NCBI GenBank assembly: GCA_964016885.1
Contig: OZ024752.1
Span: 13,268,001-13,332,000, forward strand
Direction of reading: 5' to 3'
DNA: 64,000 nucleotides
From: Eledone cirrhosa
Taxonomy: Eukaryota
Shown here: positions 50,648 through 63,559 of the stretch, piece by piece
How the letters are laid out: the number at the start of each line of letters is the position of its first letter
How positions within the stretch are numbered: position 1 is the stretch's first letter
Made by a program: the position numbers and the translations under genes
The notes under the pieces: generated by a model
Told to the model about the DNA's origin: nothing
The model's input: the letters and a program-made list of their open reading frames with translations, nothing else
Database searches by the model: none

Positions 50648-50860
50648 AATATATAAACAACTATCTGGTTGTGGAACCAACCAACCAACCAGAAATTTAT
50701 AAGTTTGTAGATTTATAAATTTATAAATATATAATAAATTGAAGTGAAAGCAACTGGTGCGTGTGTTTCTTATTGGCAACATGACCCTCCCAAAGTATAA
50801 CAATATCGGTTTCAACACACGGTTTCAGATAAAGAATCTTGCTAAACAAATTCAGAAACG

Positions 50861-50892
<32 letters not shown>

Positions 50893-50978
50893 AGAAGTTC
50901 CATTTAAATTGTTGGGATACAAAAAGCAAATATTTTTATAACTGATATAAAGCACTAAACAAATTATCGGAGTAAAAG

Positions 50979-51370
50979 TACGATATATTAACAAATGGAA
51001 ACTATATTTATAAAACCATATTTATTTCATTATACATATTTCAAGGACACCAAGTTAAATTATGGTGTGCTTTCATCAGATAAAATATAATATAGATCAG
51101 TTTTATAAATAAATATTGACATACCCTTAAAGAATGCGACCATTTCTAATTTGCATAATAGAATAAATAAATTTAATAACCCCACTATCCGGGAGCTTCC
51201 AACAGAAATGGTGGCATTCTTTACGGGTATGTCAATATTTATTTATAAAACTGATCTATATTATATTTTATCTGATGAAAGCACACCATAATTTAACTTG
51301 GTGTCCTTGAAATATGTATAATGAAATAAATATGGTTTTATAAATATAGTTTCCATTTGTTAATATATCG

Positions 51371-51372
<2 letters not shown>
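50979..51372. repeat. Inverted repeat (arms 50979-51137 and 51214-51372) with an HHR in each arm (51025-51085 -, 51266-51326 +)
   Basis: ttttat-CTGATGA-aagcacacca..tggtgtcctt-GAAA-tatgta-TA-atgaaa. Confidence 0.85.
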
Positions 51373-51401
<29 letters not shown>

Positions 51402-51625
51402 GAATAATCGAGTATCGAAAAATCGGCGCACGAGTTCACGATAAACAAAATTGGATATGAGCGGCAATTTTGAGAATGTATAATGATTTCATTTATTAAT
51501 CACAAGGGCCGACATGTAATGGACAATACAAAGTACAATACAATGTATAATACAAATAGAAAAGATACGACTAAATGCTTGATTGGTGCTACTGATAGTA
51601 GTAGTACTATAGTAGTAGTACTACA

Positions 51626-51698
<73 letters not shown>

Positions 51699-52504
51699 GT
51701 GTTAATAGTAGTAAGTGGTGGTACTACTACTACCACCACCAACAACACCAGCAGCGCCGCTTCGTTTGTATTTACTTCGTCTATTGTTAATGTTACTGTC
51801 AACTACGAGAAAAACTATGGAGGGATATATACACCTACATTAAATATATATATATGTATGAATTACTGTTGGCTTCTTGCTCACATTAATTTCTCTATTT
51901 TCATTTATATATATATATATATATATATTTATTTAAAGGTTAAACAAGGTTCGATGAATAAATCAAAGAATGAGTTTTACAATAGATTGGAAGCACTCAC
52001 ACACACACACACATATGCACTCACTCACTCACTCACTCAGACAGATACAGACACAAATATACTCTCTCGCACACTCACACATAGACAAGTTCGTCTCTTT
52101 CTCTCACATACTCACATACACGCACTTACACACACGCCGCACACGCTAACATACACGCCGCACACGCTAGCATGGAAAACAAAAATGGACGTAAACGGTG
52201 ATGATAATTATGATGATGATGAAGATGATGATATGTATGTATAGTATATGAAAGAATGGCAATGGATTCGGACATGTGTATATATTTCCAAAAGGATGTA
52301 TATACTCTATAAATGAGAATATTTAAGAAGGAAGAAGGACAAGTTGCGCTGTTGGTATGTTTTAAATTCTAACTCATAATAACGTAGTTTTGTATCGTTT
52401 AAACAACTTATTTGGAAGTGGTGGGGGGTGAGGCGGTGATCAATGTTCTTTATAGTATTACTGTCTTAATTATTCGTGTTGTTATTGTTGATGTACGTAC
52501 ACCT

Positions 52505-53651
52505 GTCATTGTTTTTGTTGTTGTTATTATTGGTCGTTGCGGTGGTTGTGATTTTGTTGTTCGTGTTGTTGTTTTTGTCGTGGTGGTCTTTGTGTTGTTG
52601 TTGTTGTTGTTAGTTGTGGTTGTTGTTGGTTGTGGTGGTGTTTCTGTTGTTGGTGGTGTTGTTGTTGTTGTTGGTGTTGTTGTTGGTGGTGGTGTTGTTG
52701 TTGTTGTTGTTGGAGGTGGTGGTGTTTGTGTTGTTGGTGGTGTTGGTGGTGGTGGTGTTGTTGTTGGAGGAGGTGGTGTTTGTGTTGTTGGTGGTGTTGT
52801 TGTTGTTGGTGGTGGTGTTGTTGTTGTTGTTGGAGGTGGTGGTGTTGTTGTTGTTGTTGGAGGTGGTGGTGTTTCTGTTGTTGGTGGTGTTGTTGTTGTT
52901 GGTGGTGGTGTTGTTGTTGTTGTTGGAGGTGGTGGTGTTTGTGTTGTTGGTGTTGTTGTTGTTGGTGGTGTTGTTGGAGGAGGTGGTGTTTGTGTTGTTG
53001 GTGGTGGTGGTGTTGTTGTTGTTGGAGGTGGTGGTGGTGTTGTTGTTGTTGGAGGTGGTGGTGGTTGTGTTGTTGTTGTTGGTGGTGTTGTTGTTGTTGG
53101 AGGTGGTGGTGTTTGTGTTGGTGGTGGTGTTGTTGTTGGAGGTGGTGGTGTTTGTGTTGTTGTTGGTGTTGTTGTTGGTGTTGTTGTTGTTGGAGGTGGT
53201 GGTGTTTGTGTTGGTGGTGGTGGTGTTGTTGGAGGTGGTGGTGTTTGTGTTGTTGCTGGTGTTGTTGGTGGTGGTGGTGTTGTTGTTGGAGGTGGTGGTG
53301 TTTGTGTTGTTGCTGGTGTTGTTGGTGTTGTTGGTAGGGGTGTTGTTGTTGTTGGTAGGGGTGTTGTTGTTGTTGGTAGGGGTGTTGTTGTTGGTGGTGG
53401 TGGTGGTTGTGTTCGTGTTGTTGTTGGTGTTGTTGTGGTGTTTGTGTTGGTGGTGGTGGTGTTGTTGGTGTTGTTGTTGTTGTTGTTGTTGGTGGTAGTG
53501 GTGGTGTTGTTGGTGGTGTTGTTGGTGTTGTTGTTGGTGGTGTTGTTGTTATTGTTGGCGGTGGTGTTGGTGTTGTTGTTGTTGGTGGTGTTGTTGGTGT
53601 TGTTGTCGTTGTTGTTGTTGGTGGTGGTGGTGTTCGTGTTGTTGGTTGTGG

Positions 53652-53683
<32 letters not shown>

Positions 53684-53800
53684 GTGGTGTTGTTGTTGGT
53701 GGTGTTGTTGGTGTTGTTGTTGTTGGTGGTGTTGTTGTTGGTGGTGGTGTTGGTGTTGTTGTTGGTGGTGGTTGTGTTCGTGTTGTCGTTGTTGTTGGTG
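52505..53800. repeat. Compound (GTT/GGT)n trinucleotide repeat
   Basis: 1.3 kb of mixed gtt/ggt triplets with recurring ggaggtggtggtgtttgt subunits. Confidence 0.93.
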
Positions 53801-54310
53801 ACTGTGTACGGTTATTGTTATAGAACATATATATTGATAGAGAACTATTGCCGCTGTTGTGTAGCCTAGTATAGCCCAGGGTTGTACTTTACGGAGAATA
53901 CCAACTATGAAAGTCGTTCTAAGCGTGACCATTCCACTAGATTCTCTGCCATATCTGTCTGCATTAACCGCTTTTATTCAAACATTTTTAGACGGCGCTG
54001 ATTTTAAACGTGCGACCCACTCCACAGGGAGGTGGAGAAATTAGGATATTTGGGGAGCACTTTTCTTAAAAGTTATACAGGCTATTTCTAGTGGGTTTAA
54101 TGGTCCTATAATGGTTTTATTTTTTATTTATTGCTGTCGTTACTATTATTATTTTTAATCTTGTATTCACTATTCACGTTGTTATTATTCATGTTGGCAG
54201 CAAAGTTGTGTTGTTGTTTAATCCCAAGGCTACAGTTCGATCAGGCGTTCTACCCACAACCATCCCAACACATTAGGATTATGTAGGACAATACTATATG
54301 AAAATGCATT

Positions 54311-54364
<54 letters not shown>

Positions 54365-54365
<1 letters not shown>

Positions 54366-56990
54366 TCTTTCTTTATTTGCCACAGGGGCGTACAAAAATG
54401 GGACAATACAAGACGTGACGGCGGGGGTTTTACATAAAAATAACTTTAACATTAATAAATAACAATAAACTATATATAATAAAATAACAATTGAAATCCC
54501 CAATAGGGGGGAACGTTACTGCAGGGTTGTTTTACACCCCGTGGATAGAACAACCCTTAACACCAGGAATAGGTTTTGTAGGTGTTCCTATCTCCCCTCT
54601 GTTAATCTTCCTCAACCTACAGGTGTATATACAGAGAAGGCCCATTTTCGCCACATTCACCCACCTTTCAGCCAATTTATAGGGGTGTAGCACCTCTCTC
54701 TCCACTCTCACCTTCCTTCTGAAGTGATACTTAAAGAAGAGGATAAGTTGTTGCCCAGAAGGTGTTTGCCCTCAGTCCTTTTAACGTTGTCCACCATATT
54801 ACCTCTTTCGCCATAGCCACCAGACAGAGGAAAACCGCCTCTCCTTCGTTCTTAAATGAAGGCGGCGGGCTGATCCTCACGATGGAGTCGGCTGACAACT
54901 GGATGCGTCCCACACGTGACAGCAGTTGTTCGACATAATTCCACAGGTCGGTCACCCCGGGGCACTGAACAATTGCGTGCAGAACGGTTTCGATGTCCTG
55001 CTCGCATCTTGGACAGGTCCTTTTGGCAGGATCTCTGCCAGGGCGTCTGTGCTTGTAAATTTTGTCTGGAACTGGTAGAGCTCCTCGGTAGCACTGCCAG
55101 GGCAGAGACCTCTGGAAGTTATCCATAGGCCCTGGACGGAAAGTCCTCCCGAACAGGCTGGTCAGTTCGTCCTCCTCGATGCCTAGAGTTTCCCCGAGAA
55201 CGTCGTCGCACCTATCCTCCACTAATCGCCTATAGAATGTCGAAGTGGAGTCTCCGCTGATTGCCGTTTCCGCTTGGTAGAGGGCTGCGAGCGCCTGTAG
55301 GCACTCGAGGTGCCAGGCACCCATTTTCGGTCTTCGCTTGACCCAGGACTGCAGCTCTGTTAGTGAGACGAGTTGTGGAAGAACTCGTCTCACAAACGAC
55401 AGCTACACCGGTTCACCGGTCAGGAATACCTGCGCTTCATCAGCCAAGGCATGCCCAGCCCTCCGTTAGAAGGGTGTTGACAGCAGATGGGTCTCCTCAC
55501 CAATGGAGCCTGTTTCTTCCAGAGGAACTTGATGAGTAGGCGTTCCATTTTGGTAAGGTATTCGCGGGGCCAAGGCACGACTGTCAAGCGGTAAAAGATG
55601 ACGGACGCTATGTAAGTGTTCGCCACCTCCGCTCGACCTTTCAAGGAGAGTTTGCACTCAGCCCATTTCTGGGTGAGTGCAAACACCTTCGCCGTAACCT
55701 CGTTCCAGTTCTTGTCCACCTGGAGGTCTGGACCAAACCAGACCCCGAGCAATTTCACCGGTCCTTCCGTCCTGGGCCTAACGTCACTGTCGGAAGGCAT
55801 GGGTTTGCCTCTCCATGTGCCGAGTTGCAAACCGACAGACTTGTTTGGGTTTAGTCTTGCTCCTGTCAACGTTTCGTATTCCTGTAATAGGTTGCCGATT
55901 ACCCTGATTTCCGAGGTTTTCGACACTATTACGGTTATGTCGTCGGCATAGGCCGACGCTGCTTTCCGCAGTCCTGATTCGATCGGGATGCCCTGCAACA
56001 GCTTTAACTTGCGCAGTAACGGCTCGAGAGTCAGTACATACAGAATGGAGGAGAGAGAGAGCATCCCTGACGGATGGAATGCATGATTTGGAATGGCTCT
56101 GATAGGTAACCATTCACCTTGACTGCCGAGCAGATGCTGGTGTGCATGGCAGCGATCCAGCCTCTGAAGACGGGACCGAAGCCGGCCGCCTTGAGAACTG
56201 CTTCCAGGTATTGATGGTCGACACTATCAAATGCCTTAGACTGATCTAAATTGATCAGAGCCCCACCGAAGCCAGGTTTACACCCTACCCTCTCTATGAT
56301 GTATCGCATGAGGTGGAGGTTGTCATGTATGGACCTGGTCGGGATTGCACACGTTTGGGCTTCCCCTACCAGGTTCTCGACGACAAGCGCCAGCCTTGCT
56401 GCTAGCACTGTGGCCAAAATCTTTAACTCTGTGTTGAGCAGAGTTATGGGCCTGAAATTGCTTATCTCATCCCCCTTGTTCGACACTATCAAATGCCTTA
56501 GACTGATCTAAATTGATCAGAGCCCCACCGAAGCCAGGTTTACACCCCTTTCGCAGCTCTCTGCATCCGTGCTCGAGAGTCGCGATACGCCGTCGAGGTA
56601 GGAGCTGAAGTCCATCACCTCGCTCGAAGTACCACTTTGCTCGAACAGTTGTGTAAAATGCTGCTGGGAAGGCCGTGCACATCTGCTTGGATTCAAGTAT
56701 AATGCGTCCATCGTTGTCTTGCAAAGACGGAATTGTGGATTTGTTGCCACTTTTCGCCTCTGCCACTCGGGCCCATCTAACAGCTTTGGCTCCCTCGTTG
56801 CTTAGAGCACGTGTTCTACTTCTGACAATACAACCTTCGTGTTTCACGTTGAAGAACTGGTCTAGTGTGGTTCTCGCCGCTAGCACGCAAACTGTACTGC
56901 CATTCCTAAGTGCCTCTTCTATTTTAACTACCAGTTCCTTTTCAGTTTTGTTTTTTTCTAAAGGTACTTCCTTGCTAAATGCTATCGATC
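54365..56990 (-). mobile_element. Degenerate 5'-truncated Tx1/L1-like LINE (RT + zf-RVT) between (GATA)n tracts
   Basis: NFRPITLLN, LDQSKAFDSVDH, SIRQGC.LS, AYADD, LSLKGR, GGLGMP, CPRC..ETVLH..C; (gata)n at 54312-54364 and 57005-57057. Confidence 0.9.
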
Positions 56991-57003
56991 CTAAATGCTA
57001 TAT

Positions 57004-57058
<55 letters not shown>

Positions 57059-57744
57059 TGTGTATCCCGGGTTCAATCGGGAGTAACCACAGTAAGTAAT
57101 TACTCACTACATTCTTCCTCACCATTTCTCCCTCTCACTTTCATTCATCCTCTCTCTGTCAGCCACCTCATTGTTTCCCTCGCCTGACCCTCTAGCACTC
57201 CTTTTCTCACTTACATTCGTTGGGGCCAGGCGTGTCTCTTGGCTCGCCGACACGCTCTTGAACTTAAGTTCTCTTATCGCTGTGGTCTTGGATTTTCTTA
57301 CCTTAAGTTGCTCGCACATTGCTCGGTTTGTTGTTTTTTTTTCGCTGTTATTTTTCGCTGTTTTCTCTTTTCTTCCCTTTTCCTTTCTATTTTGCTCCCT
57401 CCCTTCTCTTTATCCAGTTATTGAACGCTCTGGGGGGTAGATATATTGTCTTTAAAGCGTGGAAATATCCGAGACCTCCAGTAGACAACTGATGAAGAAA
57501 ACTCCCCCCCCCCCTCGTTCTTGCTTTCTTCTTATTCTCACTCCATTTTAAGCTATATATATATATAGTTTCAGAAGATCCCGTTAAGGGTGAAAGCAGC
57601 GATTCTTTGCTTAAACTTTAATCTGTTATTTTAATAAATATTTGCTCTACGGTTCTTATATATTTGATATATATTTATCCTTATCGAGCCCTCTTTGGAT
57701 TTTAGTCTTCAAATTTATCATTATTACTATATATATATATATAT

Positions 57745-59933
57745 ATATTGTTATATTTGGGGAGGGTCATATTTGCGTAATATTGCCAGAATTAATAACA
57801 GAACACACTCACTGTTTGGTTGGTTTTCGCTTCTCGCTGTCTTTTATATATATATATCTGCGATCTAACTTACTCGGTCCTCAATGTTGCCATTGACTGA
57901 CCGGCGGTCAAAAATAATACAGATACAATATAGACACAAACACATATATATAGTTTACATAATTTACATAAATCTTTCGTTGCACATCTGCAACATCGTC
58001 AGTGGTGTTATATTCATTGTTCCTCCTGTTGTGTTGTATGTCTACGCCATTTTTTTTGTTCAGTCTGTCTATATATTTATTTATTTATTTGCTTGTTTGT
58101 TTATCTTATTTTATTTTGTCTTCTTTGCGCATGCGTTTGCGTGTGTGTATAGTGTTATGTGTGATGTGTGACTAGTGTGTATAGTGTTGTGTCTGCTGGG
58201 TGACTAGTGTGTGTTTATCTGCTTGTGTATGTATTTATTTATCTTATTTTATTTAATTTTATTTACTTATTTATACTTCTCTTAGGTCAGTGTTGTTTGT
58301 TTGGGTGTTGTTGTTGTTCCACTCATTCTTTCTGTTTAGCTTTGGTCTTCTAATTTCTATTTCACTGGCCTCTCTGATTTGCCTATCTGCTGGGTCATTC
58401 CTATGTTTAGATATTATTCTAATTTCTATGTTGTCTATGTTACCGTCATGTTGTTGTCTAGCATGTTTGTATAGTACTGACCCGTTTTTTCGTCCTTTTA
58501 GTTCCCCCCAGTGTTGGTCTATCCTTTCACCTATGCTACGAGCTGTCTCACCTATGTATGTTGTTGTCATGTTTCTGCAAGTACCCTCTGTACATCTTAT
58601 GCTATAGACTACGTTTCTAGTTTTACAGTTTATCCGGGGGTTCACAAATGATACATTTCCTATTGGTATAGTGGGTTTTCTTAAAAGGGTAGGTTTTGCT
58701 GATCAGGGATTTTATGGTGGTTCCTGGCTTTTCTACCACCTTTATTTTTAAGTGGGTCTTTCTCAGGGCCTTTCTACACTGGTTAGCTAATTTCCCTCCA
58801 GGGGTGGCGTCCACAAACATGACACTCTGATATCTCTGGTTGTCGTACCATGATGTGGCCTTCCCTATCTTATGTCTAGCCCTATCTAAGCTATTCCATG
58901 ATTTGCTCCTGTATAGTGGGCAAATTCCTTTCATGTCCAGTTCTATGAGGGTCTTATACTTTTCCATGGCTCCTTCGTATACTCTGACTCTGTCTCTTTG
59001 GTTGTAGCCAGAGAACTGCATGCTGTTGATGAAGTGTTGGATGTGTCCTTCCATTTCTGTTGGGTCGCACATGCTGGACACATTCTTCATCACTCGTACC
59101 AAATCTGCGATCAGAATATTAAACTTAGCACTACTGGACATTGCTGAGTTTTTGAGTATCAGGTATTTGGAGGCCATGGGTTTAGCATAGTGTGAGTGGA
59201 GAATTTGGGCTCTCTCGTCTATAGTGTTAATCCAGAGTTCTGTGTCTAATACAGGTAGTCTATTGTTAGGGTGTTTGGAAGGGAAGTCTATAGTTACAGT
59301 TATACTCTGGTGTATGGAATTAGCTATCTGCTGGATGCTTTCCATCGTGCTACGTTCTAAATCAAACTTGTTAGTGCTCTCTAGTGGGGGTGTTCTTATA
59401 ACTATATTGATATCGTCTACATAACGAGAGTACATGATGAGGTCTATGGAGCTTTCATTAAGGAGATCTTTAAGTCTCCTTTCCCACCATACCATGAAAA
59501 GGTTGGCAACATCACCAGCTATGCTGACGCCGATGGCTGCTCCCTCATTTTGGGTGTAGATTTTCTCATTGAACTTAAATATGTGGCCCTTTAGGGTAGT
59601 TTTGATACTAGCCCCTATTGCATGTGCGACCATTTTTCTTACCTGATCAGTGTTTTGGGGGGTCCGTATAGCTTTGGTCCACCCAATCCACCTTCCTATG
59701 GGAGTCTTTTTAGCCATTGAGGTTATGGTGGGGGGTCTACCTCTTATAGGTCTACTAGGGCAGAAACATCTAAGGTCATGGCTGTCTAGGTAGTCAGTGT
59801 CGTAGGTAAGTCTAAGTAGGAGGCCCAGTTCGTCTGTGTCGACGTCGCAGAACTCCACCTCACTCTCAATGATCATCTCCACACATCTTTTCACAGCAAA
59901 ATCAATGTTAATGGATGGGTACAGTGACACCAT
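57745..59933 (-). mobile_element. 5'-truncated Penelope-like element (sister of 48286-50860), frameshift near 58640, pLTR 58270-57745
   Basis: VSLYPS, GAAIG, YVDD, YIGET, RQIREA; pLTR near-identical to 2378-2900; HHR-like core at 57975-58002. Confidence 0.92.
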
Positions 59934-59949
59934 ATATATATATATATAT

Positions 59950-60422
59950 ATTCAGGTTTGAGGATCACCACTGGATAGAGCTGGTCAATTCCGTATGGTC
60001 AATCTTAATGTAAGAATATGGAGAGTACTCAACGTAAAGCAGTTCAACCGTCTTTGTTTTTGTAGTTGGTGGTGCTATTACGGAGTTAAATATTATAATG
60101 AAATGACAGGAGGCTGGACTTGTGTAAATCCTTGAAAGGTTTATTATACTATGATCATTTCAATGACCGGGTTCCGTATGAATCCGGTGATATCATCAGG
60201 TATTCGAAATATAATAAGTGAAGACTTGAGGGCGACCGGCAAAGGTGGAAGATGCTGGATGGCCGTCGTCCCCATGGATTTTATCTATTACATTCACTTA
60301 TTATATTTCGAATACCTGATGATATCACCGGATTCATACGGAACCCGGTCATTGAAATGATCATAGTATAATAAACCTTTCAACGATTTACACAAGTCCA
60401 ACCTCCTGTCATTTCATTATAA
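59950..60422. repeat. pLTR-like foldback with opposed HHRs
   Basis: 60090-60222 is the reverse complement of 60295-60425; family shared with 34480-34830 and 39786-40092. Confidence 0.85.
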
Positions 60423-60946
60423 TATATATATATTTAATACATTAACAGAGAAAGCTTTAAACAATATTCCGACCGGCTTCCGTCTCACTCAACAAACATT
60501 AGGATATACCTTAGTATAATCTCAATATATATATATATATATGTCATTTTGATTCGTCAAAGTGACATGTCGCTTGTCACTTTGACGAATCAAAGAAAGG
60601 AAAAAAAACAAAAAAAAACAGACCCTTAAATATATTTTCCGTGCTATTTCCAATTTCACCTTTTCTCTACAACCACTTTTTTGTATAGAAGCTTACTTCT
60701 GTTTTCAAATATATATATATATACTAGCTGGCTCGTGAGGCTGACGCCCGGCTAGGTATACCTGCCCCCACCACTCCACTGCAAAGATACCACACACCCT
60801 CCTGTGTCACATTGTCCTTCCGACTCTCTCTCTCTTTTTCTCTGAATAACTAACACTTTAATTGTATCACTCTCTGTCTAACGGCCTATCTCTCTCCCCG
60901 CTCTCTTTTTCTGTCTCTCTCTGTTGATGTGTGTCTGTAGTTTTCC

Positions 60947-61015
<69 letters not shown>

Positions 61016-61149
61016 TCTCGTTCTCTCTCTCTCTCTCGCTCTCTATGTGTATATATTGAAGGGAGATACGGAAACTAAAACAGTGTTGTCATATAGAGAG
61101 TGAAGAGCGACAGAGAGAGTAAAGCAGTTAAATTATAGAGAGACGGAAT

Positions 61150-61580
61150 GATCTTACATACATACATACATTCTGGCTGCCAACTCGTTTTCGAGTACGG
61201 CCACTACTTTATATCCATGTAGGAGAACCCCTACCGCTGCGCTGAACGAGTGTGACATTTTAGTCCAGCCAGCGACTTGAAAACTCTGGTACAAACACTA
61301 CACTTGTGACAATTATTGACACACAGTGCTGGGACCATGGTACCCTGTGACGACAAGTGCAGAGAGATCTCCAGATATAAAGCAATGCCTGTGCTGTGAA
61401 GCTTTTATAGTGAATAAAGGCACTGCACAAAGCCAGTCCCACTCTCTTAACCAAGATGATATTTACCAAAAAGAAGAACAAGTCAACATCATTGGATACC
61501 ATCAAAGTTGCAGGTGTTATATCAGAGTTTTCCTTCTCCTAGAATTCTGCCTTGACAAAGGCTAAGGGGTCATCTCTCCC
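61150..61580 (-). mobile_element. Truncated copy of the RTE-derived non-autonomous element
   Basis: Reverse complement of 21867-22280. Confidence 0.85.
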
Positions 61581-61675
61581 GGATATACATACATACATAT
61601 ATACATGATGATGGCTGCCCCCTCGTTATCGAGTATGGCCATTGCACAATAAAAAAAAAAAAAAAAAAAAAAAAA

Positions 61676-61721
<46 letters not shown>

Positions 61722-61800
61722 GCAATAATAATAATAACGACAACAACAATAATAATATACATATTCATATATATATACACACACACGCACGCACATAAGC

Positions 61801-61838
<38 letters not shown>

Positions 61839-61846
61839 GATAGCAA

Positions 61847-63559
61847 CTAACAGTGCTGCGATCGAATGTGGCTTTTTAGCCCAGCCAATGATCCAAAATG
61901 TCTTGCACAGAGTCGGCAACCAAAACATTTACTGGGAATAGTCGGCTGTGGTTGGAGTTCGTGTACTTTTGCATGTCGCTTGAGTCCTCCTGCTGATTTA
62001 CATTCTCTACCACATGTTTGGCAAGCATGATGAGTAGCATCTCCAACAGCAGCCTGGTAGTCAACCACTGGTCTTACTTTATGACTGCGAAGATGACTTT
62101 CGAGTCCAGCTTTGCTTAGGCAGAGTCTCGCACAGACGCTGCATGTCAGAAACATAGGAGGACCCTCGCCGTCTGGAAGTGCAACAGCAATACCCTTCCT
62201 CACGTCCCGCTTTACTTTCTCGTGTGCGATTCGAGATGCCTCAAAGGCAACTTTTCCCTCATATACAGTCTTTCTCCATTTATTACGATCAGCAGCAATA
62301 TTTTCCCATGTATCAGCAGAGATGTTAGCGTCTTTCAGAGAGGCCTTCAAGGAATCCTTATACCTCTTTTTTGGTTTATGTGGCGGTCGTTTTCCTTTAA
62401 CCAACTCTCCATAGAAGAGTTGTTTTGGTATTCTAGAATCCTTCATCCTGGCAAGGTGACCACTCCAACGGAGTCGCTGCTTAAGCACAAGAGCTTCTAT
62501 ACTGTCACACATAGAGCTTTCCAAAATCTCGACATCACTGATGTGGTCCCTCCAGCGAACGCCATGTATCCGTCTGAGACACATCTGATGGAAACGCTCC
62601 AATTGCTTAAGGTGGCGTCGATATGTGACCCAGGTCTCGCAGGCATAAAGAAGACAAGAGAGTACACATGCCCTGTACACCCTTACCTTTGTCCTCCTGC
62701 ATATGTCTCGCCGACCCCAGAGTCGCCTTTCTAGCTTTCCGAAAGCATCACTTGCTTTCCTAATCCTAAGTGAGATTTCACTGTCAAGGTTGCCGTATCG
62801 ATTGACAGTGCTTCCCAGGTAGACAAACTGATCAACCACTCCAAGTCGTTTGCCATACACATAGATGTTTGGTTCAGTGTACTGCCTACCAGGTGCAGGT
62901 TGGTACATGACGACGGTTTTCTTGAGACTGACAGTCAAACCCAGGGCAGTGCAAGCGTCAGAAAATACATTCAAAATGTGCTGCATATCACTCTCTGTGT
63001 GCGCTACAAGATCGCAATCATCTGCATACAAGAGGTCTCTTATGACTGATGTAAATACTTTTGTCTTCGCAGCAAAGCGCCTGATGTTAAATATGCTGCC
63101 TGAGGTTCGATATCGGATGTAAACACCATGCTCGCAATTCCTGAATGCAATACAGAAAACCATTGCAAAGTATATGGCAAACAGGGTCGGTGCTGGAATA
63201 TCCCCCTGTTTCACTCCATTTTTTACTGAGATAGGCTCCGACATGTTACCTCCGACATTAACCCAAGCCTTCATGTCGTCATGGAAAGACCTAACTAAAG
63301 CAAGGAACTTATCAGGGCAACCAAGTTTCTGGAGAACCTTCCATAATGCATCTCTGTTGACAGTATCGAAAGCCTTTGTCAGATCGACAAAAACCTGATA
63401 CAGATCCAAGCCCTGTTCAATGCACTTCTCCTGGAGCTGTCTAGCTGAGAAGATCATATCAGTAGTGCCGCGTCCAACACGAAAACCAGATTGACTTTCA
63501 GGAAGGACACAATCTGCAATGTGTGTCAGCAGACGGTCCAGAAGCACCCTACATAAAAC
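61847..63559 (-). CDS. RTE LINE RT + three C2H2 zinc fingers, uninterrupted but 5'-truncated (3' UTR and tail extend to ~61590)
   Basis: PESQSGFR, FVDLTKAFDTV, GVKQG, LYADD, YLGS, LYACETW; CSVC..H..H, CQTC..H..H, CRLC..H..H. Confidence 0.88.
   Translation of the reverse strand, partial: VLCRVLLDRLLTHIADCVLPESQSGFRVGRGTTDMIFSARQLQEKCIEQGLDLYQVFVDLTKAFDTVNRDALWKVLQKLGCPDKFLALVRSFHDDMKAWVNVGGNMSEPISVKNGVKQGDIPAPTLFAIYFAMVFCIAFRNCEHGVYIRYRTSGSIFNIRRFAAKTKVFTSVIRDLLYADDCDLVAHTESDMQHILNVFSDACTALGLTVSLKKTVVMYQPAPGRQYTEPNIYVYGKRLGVVDQFVYLGSTVNRYGNLDSEISLRIRKASDAFGKLERRLWGRRDICRRTKVRVYRACVLSCLLYACETWVTYRRHLKQLERFHQMCLRRIHGVRWRDHISDVEILESSMCDSIEALVLKQRLRWSGHLARMKDSRIPKQLFYGELVKGKRPPHKPKKRYKDSLKASLKDANISADTWENIAADRNKWRKTVYEGKVAFEASRIAHEKVKRDVRKGIAVALPDGEGPPMFLTCSVCARLCLSKAGLESHLRSHKVRPVVDYQAAVGDATHHACQTCGRECKSAGGLKRHAKVHELQPQPTIPSKCFGCRLCARHFGSLAGLKSHIRSQHC

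Larger units (their letters stand above)
48286..50860 (+). mobile_element. Penelope-like element (Neptune-like) with an inverted 5' third, a pLTR and an HHR
   Basis: Minus 48286-48960: PTDKSG, PALYGLRKDHK, SMDVVSLYPS; plus 48960-50403: GAAIG, YVDD, LDTELW, Cys linker, VVY..YIGET, RQITEA, LNRKYEW. Confidence 0.92.

Noticed and set aside
51483-52244. 253-aa ORF with a poly-Leu stretch resembling a membrane protein
   Set aside because: Built from (CTA)n, (TA)n, (CA)n and (GAT)n repeats; no domain
52412-53932. Gln/His/Thr/Pro-rich or Val/Gly-rich ORFs
   Set aside because: The trinucleotide repeat is open in most frames on both strands; no domain and no splice or expression evidence
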